Source: Bacteroidia bacterium
GTDB lineage: Bacteria; Bacteroidota; Bacteroidia; Flavobacteriales_D; JAUILH01
Assembly: GCA_030433115.1 (NCBI GenBank)
Contig: JAUILH010000005.1
Coordinates: 4,592 to 68,591, forward strand
Direction: 5' to 3'
DNA length: 64,000 bases
Shown here: piece after piece, positions 46,062 to 55,788 of the stretch
How positions within the stretch are numbered: the stretch's first letter is position 1
How the letters are laid out: each line of letters starts with the position of its first letter
The notes under the pieces: model-generated
What the model was told of the DNA's origin: nothing
The model's input: only the letters and a program-made list of their open reading frames with translations
The model's database searches: none
Made by a program: the position numbers and the translations under genes

Positions 46062-47561
46062 TTATTCAGCCTTTTTATCTGAAGATTCGCTCTTCTTTGC
46101 CTTTACCAATGGCATTTGATGTCTGGCTCTCAACATATTTTCAATTTCTAACTCAGACACACCCAAAGCAGGCCATTCTTTAGCTAGTTCTGTTAGTTTG
46201 TACTTGGTTCTTGGCAAACCGTTTTCAACCAACATCTTCTGTAGTTTTTCATCTTGAGCAGAAAAACCGTCTTCTGCAAAATCGTCAACGAAAACAGCTC
46301 CACTCACAAATGGCTTTCCTTCTAGCCACTCAACGTAATCCATTGCTGTTCCAACTACAACTTTTCTTTTCATACCGTAGTGACCACCACCACAAATCTT
46401 GTTACACACCAAAACAAAGTCAAAGTTAGGATCGTTCATTTCCTTTCTCATCTCCTCCGTGGTCAAAGTAGGTGTGAAGCTGAAATAAGTTGTTGCTCCA
46501 GGCACCATATTCATTTGAGCATCAAAATGTGGGAAGAAGGCACTGTGAATCACATCTTTAGACTTGAACGTAAAGTTGTAATCACGACCTTTAATCAGGA
46601 ACAATTCTCTTGTATCGTCTACGAAATCATTCATTGCCTGCGCTTCAAAATTTGTTGTGTCAGACTTCATCTCCGATCTCAACGCAACCATACGTCTCAT
46701 CAATCTGTTGTTACGGATAATTTTGTCTTCCAACTCACTCACTTTCCAATCTGGTAAGTAATCACCTTTGGTTCGCAATTCAACTTCTAAAGCTTCAATT
46801 TTACCCTTGAACTTTTCGATAGACCCATCAATGAATCCTGTGGTAATAATTCCAACCTGATTAGGTATTTCAACAGAATCTTCAACTACCATGTTACCAG
46901 TAGAATCTAAAGTAGGATTAGGCAATTTTTGAGCGCCTCCGATCAACTTGTAATCAGCCTGACCCAATTTGTTGTCTAAACCAGCATATCGCGTTGTAAA
47001 GGCAAACTGTTCAGCTGTAACCTCTACCAAAATTGGTTGTTCAGCTGCAGGCGTATCGTAATCAATGCTGTTAGGCTCACTCCCCATTACATTAAACCAG
47101 GTCTGCAAACCAAGAATGATGATCACTGCCAAAACCATAGAAGGGATCACAGTCCATATTAACTCCAGTTTGTTGGAGTGTGGGAACCAATGTGCCTTTC
47201 TGTCTGGTCTGTAGTAATACTTCCATGCAAATATGAACAACAATGAGTTACATAGTAAGAATACCAAGACAATGATAACCATATTGATGTTAAGTAACCA
47301 CCTTGCCTCTTCCGCTACATTTGATGCAGCCGGCCCTCTTCCGTAGTTGTTTCCAGCGTAGTGGTACGACAACCAAAAGAAAAACGCATAAAACAGCACC
47401 ATGAAGCCCAACATTAAGTTCGCATTCAAATGGTTATCCTTCTCACTGATATCCTCTTCTCGTTTTCCTTTAATTTCAGAAGCGAGTTCGTATACTCTCA
47501 GTAATTGCGCAATTGCAATAACCGCCAGAACTACGACAAGAACAATAATAAACCTATCCAT
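46062..47561 (-). CDS. coxB: Cytochrome c oxidase subunit II (CuA subunit) with a large internal insertion and no fused cytochrome c domain
   Basis: Two N-terminal TM helices plus one extra. Cupredoxin start 'VEVTAEQFAFTTRYAG'. 'SKDVIHSAFFPHF'. CuA site 'CNKICGGGHYGM' (C..xC...H..M). No CxxCH motif. Confidence 0.85.
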   Translation of the reverse strand: MDRFIIVLVVVLAVIAIAQLLRVYELASEIKGKREEDISEKDNHLNANLMLGFMVLFYAFFFWLSYHYAGNNYGRGPAASNVAEEARWLLNINMVIIVLVFLLCNSLLFIFAWKYYYRPDRKAHWFPHSNKLELIWTVIPSMVLAVIIILGLQTWFNVMGSEPNSIDYDTPAAEQPILVEVTAEQFAFTTRYAGLDNKLGQADYKLIGGAQKLPNPTLDSTGNMVVEDSVEIPNQVGIITTGFIDGSIEKFKGKIEALEVELRTKGDYLPDWKVSELEDKIIRNNRLMRRMVALRSEMKSDTTNFEAQAMNDFVDDTRELFLIKGRDYNFTFKSKDVIHSAFFPHFDAQMNMVPGATTYFSFTPTLTTEEMRKEMNDPNFDFVLVCNKICGGGHYGMKRKVVVGTAMDYVEWLEGKPFVSGAVFVDDFAEDGFSAQDEKLQKMLVENGLPRTKYKLTELAKEWPALGVSELEIENMLRARHQMPLVKAKKSESSDKKAE

Positions 47562-47597
47562 TATACCTATTCTTTAAATACTTTATTCCTACCTCAA

Positions 47598-48803
47598 TTA
47601 TATTTCGTGATGTAAACTTTCCTCCAAGTAAGGATGGTGTTTTGGCATCAACGGTCTCTTAGTTAGTGCATTGAGTACCCAGAAGATGAAAATCCCTAAG
47701 AAACTCATGAACATTCCAATTTCAAATAAGCCCAATTTTCCGTGGCTAAACATTGTTCCTGGCGTAATCAACATGTAAACATCCAGCCAGTGACCAATGA
47801 AGATCAGCATACCTACGAAAATCAAGAATGGTGCACTTCTCTTAGCATCTCTTGACATCAACAAGATCATTGGGAAAGCAAAGTTGATGATGAACATTCC
47901 AAAATAGATCACTTTGTATTCGCCCAATCTTGGCAAAAAGTAAGTGACTTCTTCAGGGATATTCGAGTACCAGATCAACATGAACTGAGAGAACCACAAG
48001 TAACTCCACAAGAAGCTCAATGCGAAAATCCATTTACCTACATCATGGATGTGGCTTTCGTTCACATTCTCCAAATACCCTTTGCTCTTCAGCCAAACAG
48101 CCAGTAAGATCAAGAATACCATTCCACTTACCCACATACCGGAGAACACATACCATCCAAATAGTGTAGAGAACCAGTGCGTATCAATTGACATGATCCA
48201 ATCCCACGACATGGTAGAAGAAAAGTATGCAAAGAAAACCAAGAACAAGGCTGACCTTTTAAAGTTCTTGAAGTGAATCTCTGTTCCACCTACTTCATCT
48301 TCCAATAAAGATCTTTTTCTAAATCCTCTCATGAACAATAGGAAAGTCGCAAAATAAACGATGGTTCTAATCCAAAAGAAAGGTTGATTTAAGTACGCTT
48401 CTTTTCCAGCAATCAAAGAATCAAAATGGTGACTATTAGGGTCCATCACATCTCCATCCATCCAATGATAAATATGGTGCTGATGAAACGTTCCTGCCAA
48501 TAATACTATGGCAATAACACCAATTCCAAACGGCAAAGCCGACATAATGGCTTCCATCAATCTCTTTAAGACAACGCCCCATCCAGACTCTGTAGCATAA
48601 TGCAAAGCCAAATAGAAAAGAGATGCCAGGGCAATTGCGAAGAAAAAGAAGCCATTGATCAAAAGATTTGACCATAAACGTGTTCCGAAATGCTCATCAC
48701 TTGCACCGCCTTTTATCAACTCAATAATGATAAACAGGAGGCCAATCCCCATCAACATGAATGTGAACCTTTTCGCCTTATTTGTGAATACAAAGTTGTT
48801 CAT
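47598..48803 (-). CDS. actF: Alternative Complex III subunit ActF (polytopic membrane subunit)
   Basis: About 10 hydrophobic segments. Sits directly after actE and before coxB, the canonical actABCDEF order. The assignment rests on context and topology rather than a diagnostic motif. Confidence 0.65.
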   Translation of the reverse strand: MNNFVFTNKAKRFTFMLMGIGLLFIIIELIKGGASDEHFGTRLWSNLLINGFFFFAIALASLFYLALHYATESGWGVVLKRLMEAIMSALPFGIGVIAIVLLAGTFHQHHIYHWMDGDVMDPNSHHFDSLIAGKEAYLNQPFFWIRTIVYFATFLLFMRGFRKRSLLEDEVGGTEIHFKNFKRSALFLVFFAYFSSTMSWDWIMSIDTHWFSTLFGWYVFSGMWVSGMVFLILLAVWLKSKGYLENVNESHIHDVGKWIFALSFLWSYLWFSQFMLIWYSNIPEEVTYFLPRLGEYKVIYFGMFIINFAFPMILLMSRDAKRSAPFLIFVGMLIFIGHWLDVYMLITPGTMFSHGKLGLFEIGMFMSFLGIFIFWVLNALTKRPLMPKHHPYLEESLHHEI

Positions 48804-48831
48804 TGCTATTCTGTATTAACTCAATTCTTTA

Positions 48832-49599
48832 TTAGTGTCCTTCAGGTGTTTCAACGTCTGTAGAATCAGATTCTGCAGCCATTGGTTCCATATTAGTTTC
48901 TTCTTCCTCTACTGTTTCTACATTTGGATAGTCACCATTTCCAAACTTTCTTAGTTGGTGCACGATATTCCATCTGTCCTCTCTTGAGATTAACATCCCA
49001 TGAGCTCCCATGATACCTTTACCGTAAGTTATATAGTAGAATAATTGTCCGTCAGTATCTTCACTTACAGGCGCTGCGGTGAAATTCGCCACTCCTGAAA
49101 TTTTCTTATTCTGAACTAAAATCCCTTTACCATCCCCTTTTTCACCATGGCACTGAGAACACATTCTCAAGTAAAGCTCTTTACCTCTAGCCATTGCTTC
49201 ATCAGAGTAAGGCACTGGATTTTTGAAAGGCTTGATTACCTCTTCCATGGCCTTGTCGAATTCCTTGCCATCAGCATACATCTCCCAACCATACAGACCA
49301 TGTGTCTTATCGGATTGTGGTGGTGCCTTAAAAGGAACTGGCATATTGTAAGCTGCCTCTTCCATGTTAGAATGGTAAGGTACCGTTCCACTTGGCGGGG
49401 TCAAAGCCGTTAATTTCTCCTTAAGCTCAGGGTGCTCTTCATTTCTGAATTCACCATAGTCGACATACGCCTCTACTGCAGGAGATCTATACATATCAGG
49501 CATGTACTCCACTCCGGGACTAGCCGGATCTTTAGTACACGAGCTTGCAATCAAGGCTACCGCTGATACTACTCCGATTTGCTTGAATACTCTTTTCAT
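48832..49599 (-). CDS. actE: Alternative Complex III subunit ActE (monoheme cytochrome c lipoprotein)
   Basis: ATG 49599 gives 'MKRVFKQIGVVSAVALIASSC|TKD' with a lipobox. Single 'CSQCHG' heme motif with distal 'GIMGAHG'. The ORF-track start at 49629 would overlap actD by 29 nt. Confidence 0.75.
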   Translation of the reverse strand: MKRVFKQIGVVSAVALIASSCTKDPASPGVEYMPDMYRSPAVEAYVDYGEFRNEEHPELKEKLTALTPPSGTVPYHSNMEEAAYNMPVPFKAPPQSDKTHGLYGWEMYADGKEFDKAMEEVIKPFKNPVPYSDEAMARGKELYLRMCSQCHGEKGDGKGILVQNKKISGVANFTAAPVSEDTDGQLFYYITYGKGIMGAHGMLISREDRWNIVHQLRKFGNGDYPNVETVEEEETNMEPMAAESDSTDVETPEGH

Positions 49600-49600
49600 C

Positions 49601-50137
49601 TTATTTGATCTCCTTTTCACTGATTTCAATAATACCTGTTTCTTTCAGCATGCTCTGCAATTCTTCTGCAGTCCACTTACTGTTTTCAGACAACTTCAGT
49701 TCCATTACGAACTTATCGTCCGTTGTTCTTGGATCAGGATTGTCTGCAATCATTCCAGGTAATGTTTTATTTCTTAGCATGTATGTAATGGCCATTCCGT
49801 GAGCCGCACACAATACAGTAAACTCGAACGTAATTGGAATGAATGATGGTAAATTCTCCATTAAAGAGAAACTTGGCTTACCACCGATATTCATAGGCCA
49901 ATCAATGATCATGAAGTACTTCATTCCAAGAAGTGCCAAACATGTTCCAGTGATTCCGTAAAGGAAAGCACAGATTCCTAATCTCGTGTGTTTCACGCCA
50001 ATTACAGGATCTATCCCGTGAATTGGAAACGGAGAAAACACTTCTGATACTTTAACACCTTTGCCAACGAGCTTCTTAGCGCCATTCAACAAAATGGTGT
50101 CGTCATCATACATTGCGTGAATAACCTTGTCTGACAT
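49601..50137 (-). CDS. actD: Alternative Complex III subunit ActD (DUF3341 membrane protein)
   Basis: 'AMYDDDTILLNGAKKLVGKGVKVSEVFSPFPIHGIDPVIG' followed by two TM helices. Typical ActD N-terminal domain and size. Confidence 0.8.
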   Translation of the reverse strand: MSDKVIHAMYDDDTILLNGAKKLVGKGVKVSEVFSPFPIHGIDPVIGVKHTRLGICAFLYGITGTCLALLGMKYFMIIDWPMNIGGKPSFSLMENLPSFIPITFEFTVLCAAHGMAITYMLRNKTLPGMIADNPDPRTTDDKFVMELKLSENSKWTAEELQSMLKETGIIEISEKEIK

Positions 50138-50141
50138 ATCT

Positions 50142-52037
50142 CTATTCGTTTCCTGAGTTATCGTTCATTAATTTCTTAGCTTGAGCCGCCCAATCGTCTC
50201 TTTCCGCTCTTCCAGGGAAAGATCCGGTCAAAGAATCCAAAAGATCGTATTCTTCTTTTGTCATTTTGCTCACTTGCTCAAATGTGTAGATTCCAATCTC
50301 GTTCAGTTTCCCTTCCAACACCGGTCCAACACCACTGATCTTTTTCAAGTCATCTTTTTGGTTTTCATCGGTTCTCACACCGATTCTCTCCATTAATTTG
50401 GCTTTAAAGGAATCAATTTCTTCCGCAGAAAGTGTTTTCTTCTCCTCTTTCTGTGGCTCATCGCCAGCTTCTTCAGAAGCGGCTTTCTCAAGCGCATCTT
50501 TAGCAGCTTCAGCTATGCTGACTTCTTCATCTTTCTTATCGAATAAGGCCGTTTCTGATGCTTGAGGGTCTGGTTCTTCTTTTTCAGCTAAAGTAGCATG
50601 ACCGTGCGCTCCGTCATGGTCGTGACTGTCATGGTGACTATGCGCATCCCAGAAACCAGCTCCGTGTCCAAAACTCTCCTTGTAGTTCTGACCAGAAGAT
50701 TTCAAAATGGTTTTCACCTCATTCAATGCCAATACCGGGAAGTATCTTGCAAACAATAAGAACAGCGTAAAGAAGATTCCAAGTGTTCCTAAGAAAATTC
50801 CTATATCAACCCATGTTGGATAGAACATAGTCCAGGTTGCTGGCAAATGGCCTCTGTGCAATGACGTCACAATAATTACGAATCTCTCAAACCACATACC
50901 AATGTTGATTACAATTGACATGAAGAATGTGAAAGATAGGCTTGTTCTCAACTTCTTGAACCAGTACAGCTGAGGTGATATCACGTTACACGTCATCATG
51001 ATCCAGTAAGACCAGGATAAATCGCCTGTTGCTCTGTTGATGAACGCGTATGATTCGTACTCTACACCAGAATACCATGAAATGAATAGCTCAGTGATGT
51101 AGGCCACCCCTACAATCGAACCAGTTACAATGATTACAATATTCATGTACTCAATGTGCTTAGTATGGATGTAGTTCTCTAATTTCAAGGCTTTTCTCAT
51201 GATGAGAAGAAGCGTCTGTACCATCGCGAACCCTGAGAATACCGCACCTGATACGAAATAAGGCGGGAAAATGGTGGTATGCCATCCGGGTATTACAGAT
51301 GTGGCGAAATCGAAAGATACAATCGAGTGAACTGAGAATACCAAAGGTGTTGCCAAACCAGCTAATACCAATGATACAATTTCAAATCTGTTCCAGTGCT
51401 TAGCTCTACCTGACCATCCAAAGCTCAAAATACTGTAGAACTTCTTGGCCATTGGTGCTTTCACCCTGTCTCTAATGGTTGCGAAATCAGGAATCAAACC
51501 AATGTACCAGAATACTAAGGATACTGATAGATAAGTAGAGATTGCGAATACATCCCATAGAAGTGGTGAGTTGAAGTTAACCCAAAGTGATCCAAATTGG
51601 TTAGGCATTGGTAATACCCAGTAGGCAACCCAAATACGTCCCATGTGAATCCCTGGAAAGATGGCTGCCATAAATACCGCAAAGATTGTCATCGCCTCTG
51701 CAGAACGGTTAATTGCCATTCTCCATTTCTGACGGAACAATAGAAGTACCGCAGAAATCAATGTTCCGGCGTGACCAATACCTACCCACCATACAAAGTT
51801 GGTAATATCCCAGGCCCAATCAACGGAGTTGTTCAAACCCCAAACACCGATACCGGTACCTAGCAAATAAAGGATACAGCCTATTCCCCAAAGTCCAACG
51901 ATACCAGCGATGGTAATCATGATGTACCAAGGTTTTGGCGCTTTACTCTCGATTGGGCGACAAACGTCCTCAGTGATGTCGTGATACGACTTGTCACCTA
52001 AAATCAAGGGTTCTCTAATCTCCGCTTCCTTATGCAT
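50142..52037 (-). CDS. actC: Alternative Complex III subunit ActC (NrfD/PsrC-like quinol-interacting membrane subunit) with a ~185-aa C-terminal extension
   Basis: A polytopic NrfD-like core ends near 'FPVLALNEVKTILKSS' (nt ~50700). Position between actB and actD. The extension contains 'HSHHDSHDHDGAHGH', an acidic linker and 'ISGVGPVLEGKLNEIGIYTFEQV'. Confidence 0.85.
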   Translation of the reverse strand: MHKEAEIREPLILGDKSYHDITEDVCRPIESKAPKPWYIMITIAGIVGLWGIGCILYLLGTGIGVWGLNNSVDWAWDITNFVWWVGIGHAGTLISAVLLLFRQKWRMAINRSAEAMTIFAVFMAAIFPGIHMGRIWVAYWVLPMPNQFGSLWVNFNSPLLWDVFAISTYLSVSLVFWYIGLIPDFATIRDRVKAPMAKKFYSILSFGWSGRAKHWNRFEIVSLVLAGLATPLVFSVHSIVSFDFATSVIPGWHTTIFPPYFVSGAVFSGFAMVQTLLLIMRKALKLENYIHTKHIEYMNIVIIVTGSIVGVAYITELFISWYSGVEYESYAFINRATGDLSWSYWIMMTCNVISPQLYWFKKLRTSLSFTFFMSIVINIGMWFERFVIIVTSLHRGHLPATWTMFYPTWVDIGIFLGTLGIFFTLFLLFARYFPVLALNEVKTILKSSGQNYKESFGHGAGFWDAHSHHDSHDHDGAHGHATLAEKEEPDPQASETALFDKKDEEVSIAEAAKDALEKAASEEAGDEPQKEEKKTLSAEEIDSFKAKLMERIGVRTDENQKDDLKKISGVGPVLEGKLNEIGIYTFEQVSKMTKEEYDLLDSLTGSFPGRAERDDWAAQAKKLMNDNSGNE

Positions 52038-52071
52038 TATCTGTTCTTTTTCTAGTTCAGTTAATCAATTC

Positions 52072-55000
52072 TTAGTGGTGCTCTTCCTCACCTTTATGCT
52101 CGTCGTTTGAAGCATGGTAAATCCATTCTCCAGTTTCGGCGTTATACAACTCCTTATCTGCTAAGAAAGGGTCGTCTGCATTTCTCACTTTCAATTTATA
52201 GAAGATGTTTGGTTTGGTACCGACTTCTTCAAGAACCTGATAAGATCTATCAGATCTGGCTTCTCTATACACCTGAGATCCTTTCTTATCAATTGGTAAT
52301 CCCGTTTCCTTGTCTTTACCAGTTTCTTCCATGTCGTTCAAATCACCAAAGATGATCGCATTTGCAGGACAAGCTCCCTGACATGCCGTTTCAATGTCTC
52401 CATCTACAACTGGTCTGTCTTCTTTCTTAGCCTTTAATTTACCATCCTGGATTTGCTGAACACATAGAGAACACTTCTCCATCACACCTCTTGTTCTCAC
52501 CACTACATCCGGGTTCAATACCATTCTTCCTATATCGTCCTGAGCAGGGTTAATTGCCGTAAACTTCTTGTATGAAGGATAGTTGAACCAGTTAAATCTT
52601 CTTACTTTATAAGGACAGTTGTTAGCACAATATCTCGTACCAATACATCTGTTATAAGTCATTTGGTTAAGCCCTTCGTTACTGTGTGTCGTAGCAACTA
52701 CCGGACAAACTGTTTCACATGGTGCGTGATTACAGTGCTGACACATCATTGGTTGGAAAGTCACCTTTGGATTATGCTCAGGCTTTTCCATGGCCTTGTA
52801 AGACCACTCTTCTTTTCTAGAACCGATGAAGTCTTCCTGATCAGATGAGTAATATCTATCCAATCTTAACCAGTGCATGATTCTCACACGTCTGATTTCA
52901 TCCTTACCTACTACCGGAACGTTGTTCTCTGCCTGACAGGCAATGATACAGCTACCACATCCAAAACAAGTGTTCATATCAATGGTCATACCCCATCTGT
53001 GACCCACCAATTCTACTGGATGTTCGCCCCATAAATCGAAGGCACTGATGTGCTCTCTATCGTTGGCGCCAGCATGTTTTCCGTCAGGAACTGGATTGCC
53101 ATCCTTATCGAACATCAATTTACCATCTTTATCTCTCTTACCACCCACATCATCATGAGTAACTAGAGTGTGCATAGGGTTAAACCCTTCTCTGGTTTTT
53201 GTGTATTCGTAGTCAGTTTCCTTCCATCCGTTGACATAAAAGTCTAAAGATGTTTCTTTAACGATGGAGTGACGTCCCATCACTGTATGGTGCGATTGAG
53301 TCACAGCCATGGGGTGCTCTTCTCCTGCATCTGATACTTTAGCTGGCGTATCCATTGTCATGGCTGCTCCTACTAATGACATCAATTTAAATGCGTTTGC
53401 ACCGATTGGCTTGATTTTATCGTTGTCGTCTCTCTCGTAATCTCCGTAATCACCGGTAGCGTATGCTGCTTTACCGATTTTTAGTTTATCATCATCAGAC
53501 TCTAAGAATTCTCCTCTACCATAACCAACAGCAATACCAATGGTTCCTGGTGCCTGACCTGGCTGAGCCAATACAGGTAACTTAACAGACTTCTCGCCAA
53601 CTTTCACTTCAACAACAGAAGCTGGTGATTTTTGTCCGAGATAGATGTTATATCCATTCTTCTCCATGTCGGCATGCGACATAGTAGCATAGTTATCCCA
53701 GGTAGCCGTAGTAATCGGATCTGGCATTTCCTGTAACCATGGGTTATTGGCTTGTTGACCAATTCCCATTGAATTTTTCTGGTAGAAAGAAATCTCGTAG
53801 TCATCCGTGGTGCCTTGCTTGGTCTTAGCCATTTCAAGTCCTTTAGCCAATGCACCACCTTTCATTGAAGGTGCTGAACCAGTTTCAGATGGCATGGTTC
53901 CACCACCATTGTGAACCATCCAGTTCCAATAGTCTTCTTCACCATTAAAGTTGGCAGCTGCCATTGGATAACCGTAAGTGATCCACAAGTCTTTTAAGGT
54001 GTCGTACATGTAAGTACTGTCTTTCCCTACATGCTCAGTCGCGCCAGCCCAAACCGCTAAAGATTCAGCCCAAGGTCTTGTTTCATACAATGGACGAATA
54101 ATTGGTTGAACGATGGCATAATGATTTCCTTTAGGACTCAAATCATCCCAGGTTTCCATGTAATGAGGTGCAGGACAAATGTACTGACATCTGCTCGCTG
54201 TTTCATCCACATATCCAGCAAATGACACAGTCAATTCAATTTTTTCAAGGGCTGAAGCCAACTCCTCTCCTCTAGCATGATCGTAAACCGGATTACAATC
54301 AACAAACAAGACTGCATCCACACCGCCTGAAACCACATCAGACACTAATTGGTCCATGGCTTCATCATCTCCGGCAAATGCATTCAGAGGATTATTAAGA
54401 TTGATGGTTGTTCCGTAAGCACCTAATTTTTCATTGATGGCATTTACGATGATCTGAAGACCAACATCATTAGATCCAGCAACTACTAAAGACTCACTTC
54501 CTGATGCTTTCAAAGCAGCTACTGCTTTATCGATAGTTTCCTGACTTCCTTCAGGAACTGACAATCCACCACCATCACCACCAAGTCCGGCTAAAATACC
54601 AGCAGCTACTGCACCATACTCAGACGGTTTAATCGGTGTTCTGTAATCCGCAGAAGATCCAGAAGACGACAAGTTCGCCTCAAACTGGAAGTGCTGAGAC
54701 ATCCATCCTCCTTCGAATTTGACCTTTTCAGGGTTTCTTCTTGAACCGTACTGTCCTGCATATTCATTAGACATCAACCAGTTAGATAAGAAGTCTGCTC
54801 CTATACTTACAATTGTTTTAGCCTTTGAAAAATCATAATCTGGAATAGCGCCCATTGGCTTTTCCATATCCGGATTCATCGGTCCAAAGCACTCCAGGTT
54901 AGCCGTACGAATAGCACTGTAAGACACAGCATCATACATGATGTGGCTAATTTTTGCATTTCCAACAGACTCAATGGTCGTTGCCATTGGAGCAGCCGTT

Positions 55001-55773
55001 TCTTCGATGGTATCCTCAACAACAGTAGTAGTATCAGACACCAAAGTATCTAAACCTACAGCCGCCATAGCTGTGTCCATCAAATTCATATCTCCATCCA
55101 CCTCATTATCTGGAACAGAAGCTGGTTCTGGAGCCGACATGGTTTGAGCACCATATCTTGATTTAAAATCTGTAATGGCTTTCCATGCCACATTTGAGAT
55201 AGTAGAATTTGAAACGATGGCAATATTCCCACCTTTTTTAGCGATTCCTTCAAGTGCAGTTGTGATGTTTCCATCTACATCTCCCCAAGAAGCCTCACCT
55301 CCACCTATCATTGGCGTCTTCAATCTTGCGCTGTCATACAACGGCAGAACAGAAGCGACAACTCTTGGATTCACTCCACCTTTGGTGATACCGTGATCTC
55401 TGTTTCCTTTAACAAAGATTGGCCTACCCTCTCTTGATTTCACAAGAACATTAGCAAAGGTATTGCCATCATAGAAGGTAGATGCATACCAATTAGCCAC
55501 ACCTGGAACTACATCTTCCGGCTTATTCACGTAAGGCACCGACTTAGTGACCGGTGTCTCACAAGCGGCAAGAGTAGCAGCAGCTACGCTAAATCCTAAA
55601 AATTTCAAGAAGTCTCTCCTGGAGTGAGAGGTCTTATCTAACTTAGAATCGCTCAAAAAGTCTTCAACAGGAATTTCTGAAGTAAACTCTTTATCTCTAT
55701 TCTCAACGAATTCAGGAGTTTCGTGAAGCTCCTCGATTCCTTTCCAATATTTAGTGTTTGAACTCATAGACAA
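52072..55773 (-). CDS. actB: Alternative Complex III subunit ActB (Tat-signal molybdopterin-oxidoreductase-like + 4Fe-4S ferredoxin fusion)
   Basis: 'SRRDFLKFLGFSVAAATLAAC' Tat signal preceded by the long N-terminal leader typical of this family. Fe-S motifs 'CFGCGSCIIACQAENN', 'CQHCNHAPCETVCPV', 'CIGTRYCANNCPYKVRRFNW' and 'CQGACPANAIIFGD'. Confidence 0.9.
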   Translation of the reverse strand: MSMSSNTKYWKGIEELHETPEFVENRDKEFTSEIPVEDFLSDSKLDKTSHSRRDFLKFLGFSVAAATLAACETPVTKSVPYVNKPEDVVPGVANWYASTFYDGNTFANVLVKSREGRPIFVKGNRDHGITKGGVNPRVVASVLPLYDSARLKTPMIGGGEASWGDVDGNITTALEGIAKKGGNIAIVSNSTISNVAWKAITDFKSRYGAQTMSAPEPASVPDNEVDGDMNLMDTAMAAVGLDTLVSDTTTVVEDTIEETAAPMATTIESVGNAKISHIMYDAVSYSAIRTANLECFGPMNPDMEKPMGAIPDYDFSKAKTIVSIGADFLSNWLMSNEYAGQYGSRRNPEKVKFEGGWMSQHFQFEANLSSSGSSADYRTPIKPSEYGAVAAGILAGLGGDGGGLSVPEGSQETIDKAVAALKASGSESLVVAGSNDVGLQIIVNAINEKLGAYGTTINLNNPLNAFAGDDEAMDQLVSDVVSGGVDAVLFVDCNPVYDHARGEELASALEKIELTVSFAGYVDETASRCQYICPAPHYMETWDDLSPKGNHYAIVQPIIRPLYETRPWAESLAVWAGATEHVGKDSTYMYDTLKDLWITYGYPMAAANFNGEEDYWNWMVHNGGGTMPSETGSAPSMKGGALAKGLEMAKTKQGTTDDYEISFYQKNSMGIGQQANNPWLQEMPDPITTATWDNYATMSHADMEKNGYNIYLGQKSPASVVEVKVGEKSVKLPVLAQPGQAPGTIGIAVGYGRGEFLESDDDKLKIGKAAYATGDYGDYERDDNDKIKPIGANAFKLMSLVGAAMTMDTPAKVSDAGEEHPMAVTQSHHTVMGRHSIVKETSLDFYVNGWKETDYEYTKTREGFNPMHTLVTHDDVGGKRDKDGKLMFDKDGNPVPDGKHAGANDREHISAFDLWGEHPVELVGHRWGMTIDMNTCFGCGSCIIACQAENNVPVVGKDEIRRVRIMHWLRLDRYYSSDQEDFIGSRKEEWSYKAMEKPEHNPKVTFQPMMCQHCNHAPCETVCPVVATTHSNEGLNQMTYNRCIGTRYCANNCPYKVRRFNWFNYPSYKKFTAINPAQDDIGRMVLNPDVVVRTRGVMEKCSLCVQQIQDGKLKAKKEDRPVVDGDIETACQGACPANAIIFGDLNDMEETGKDKETGLPIDKKGSQVYREARSDRSYQVLEEVGTKPNIFYKLKVRNADDPFLADKELYNAETGEWIYHASNDEHKGEEEHH

Positions 55774-55788
55774 AACTAAATTTGCTTT

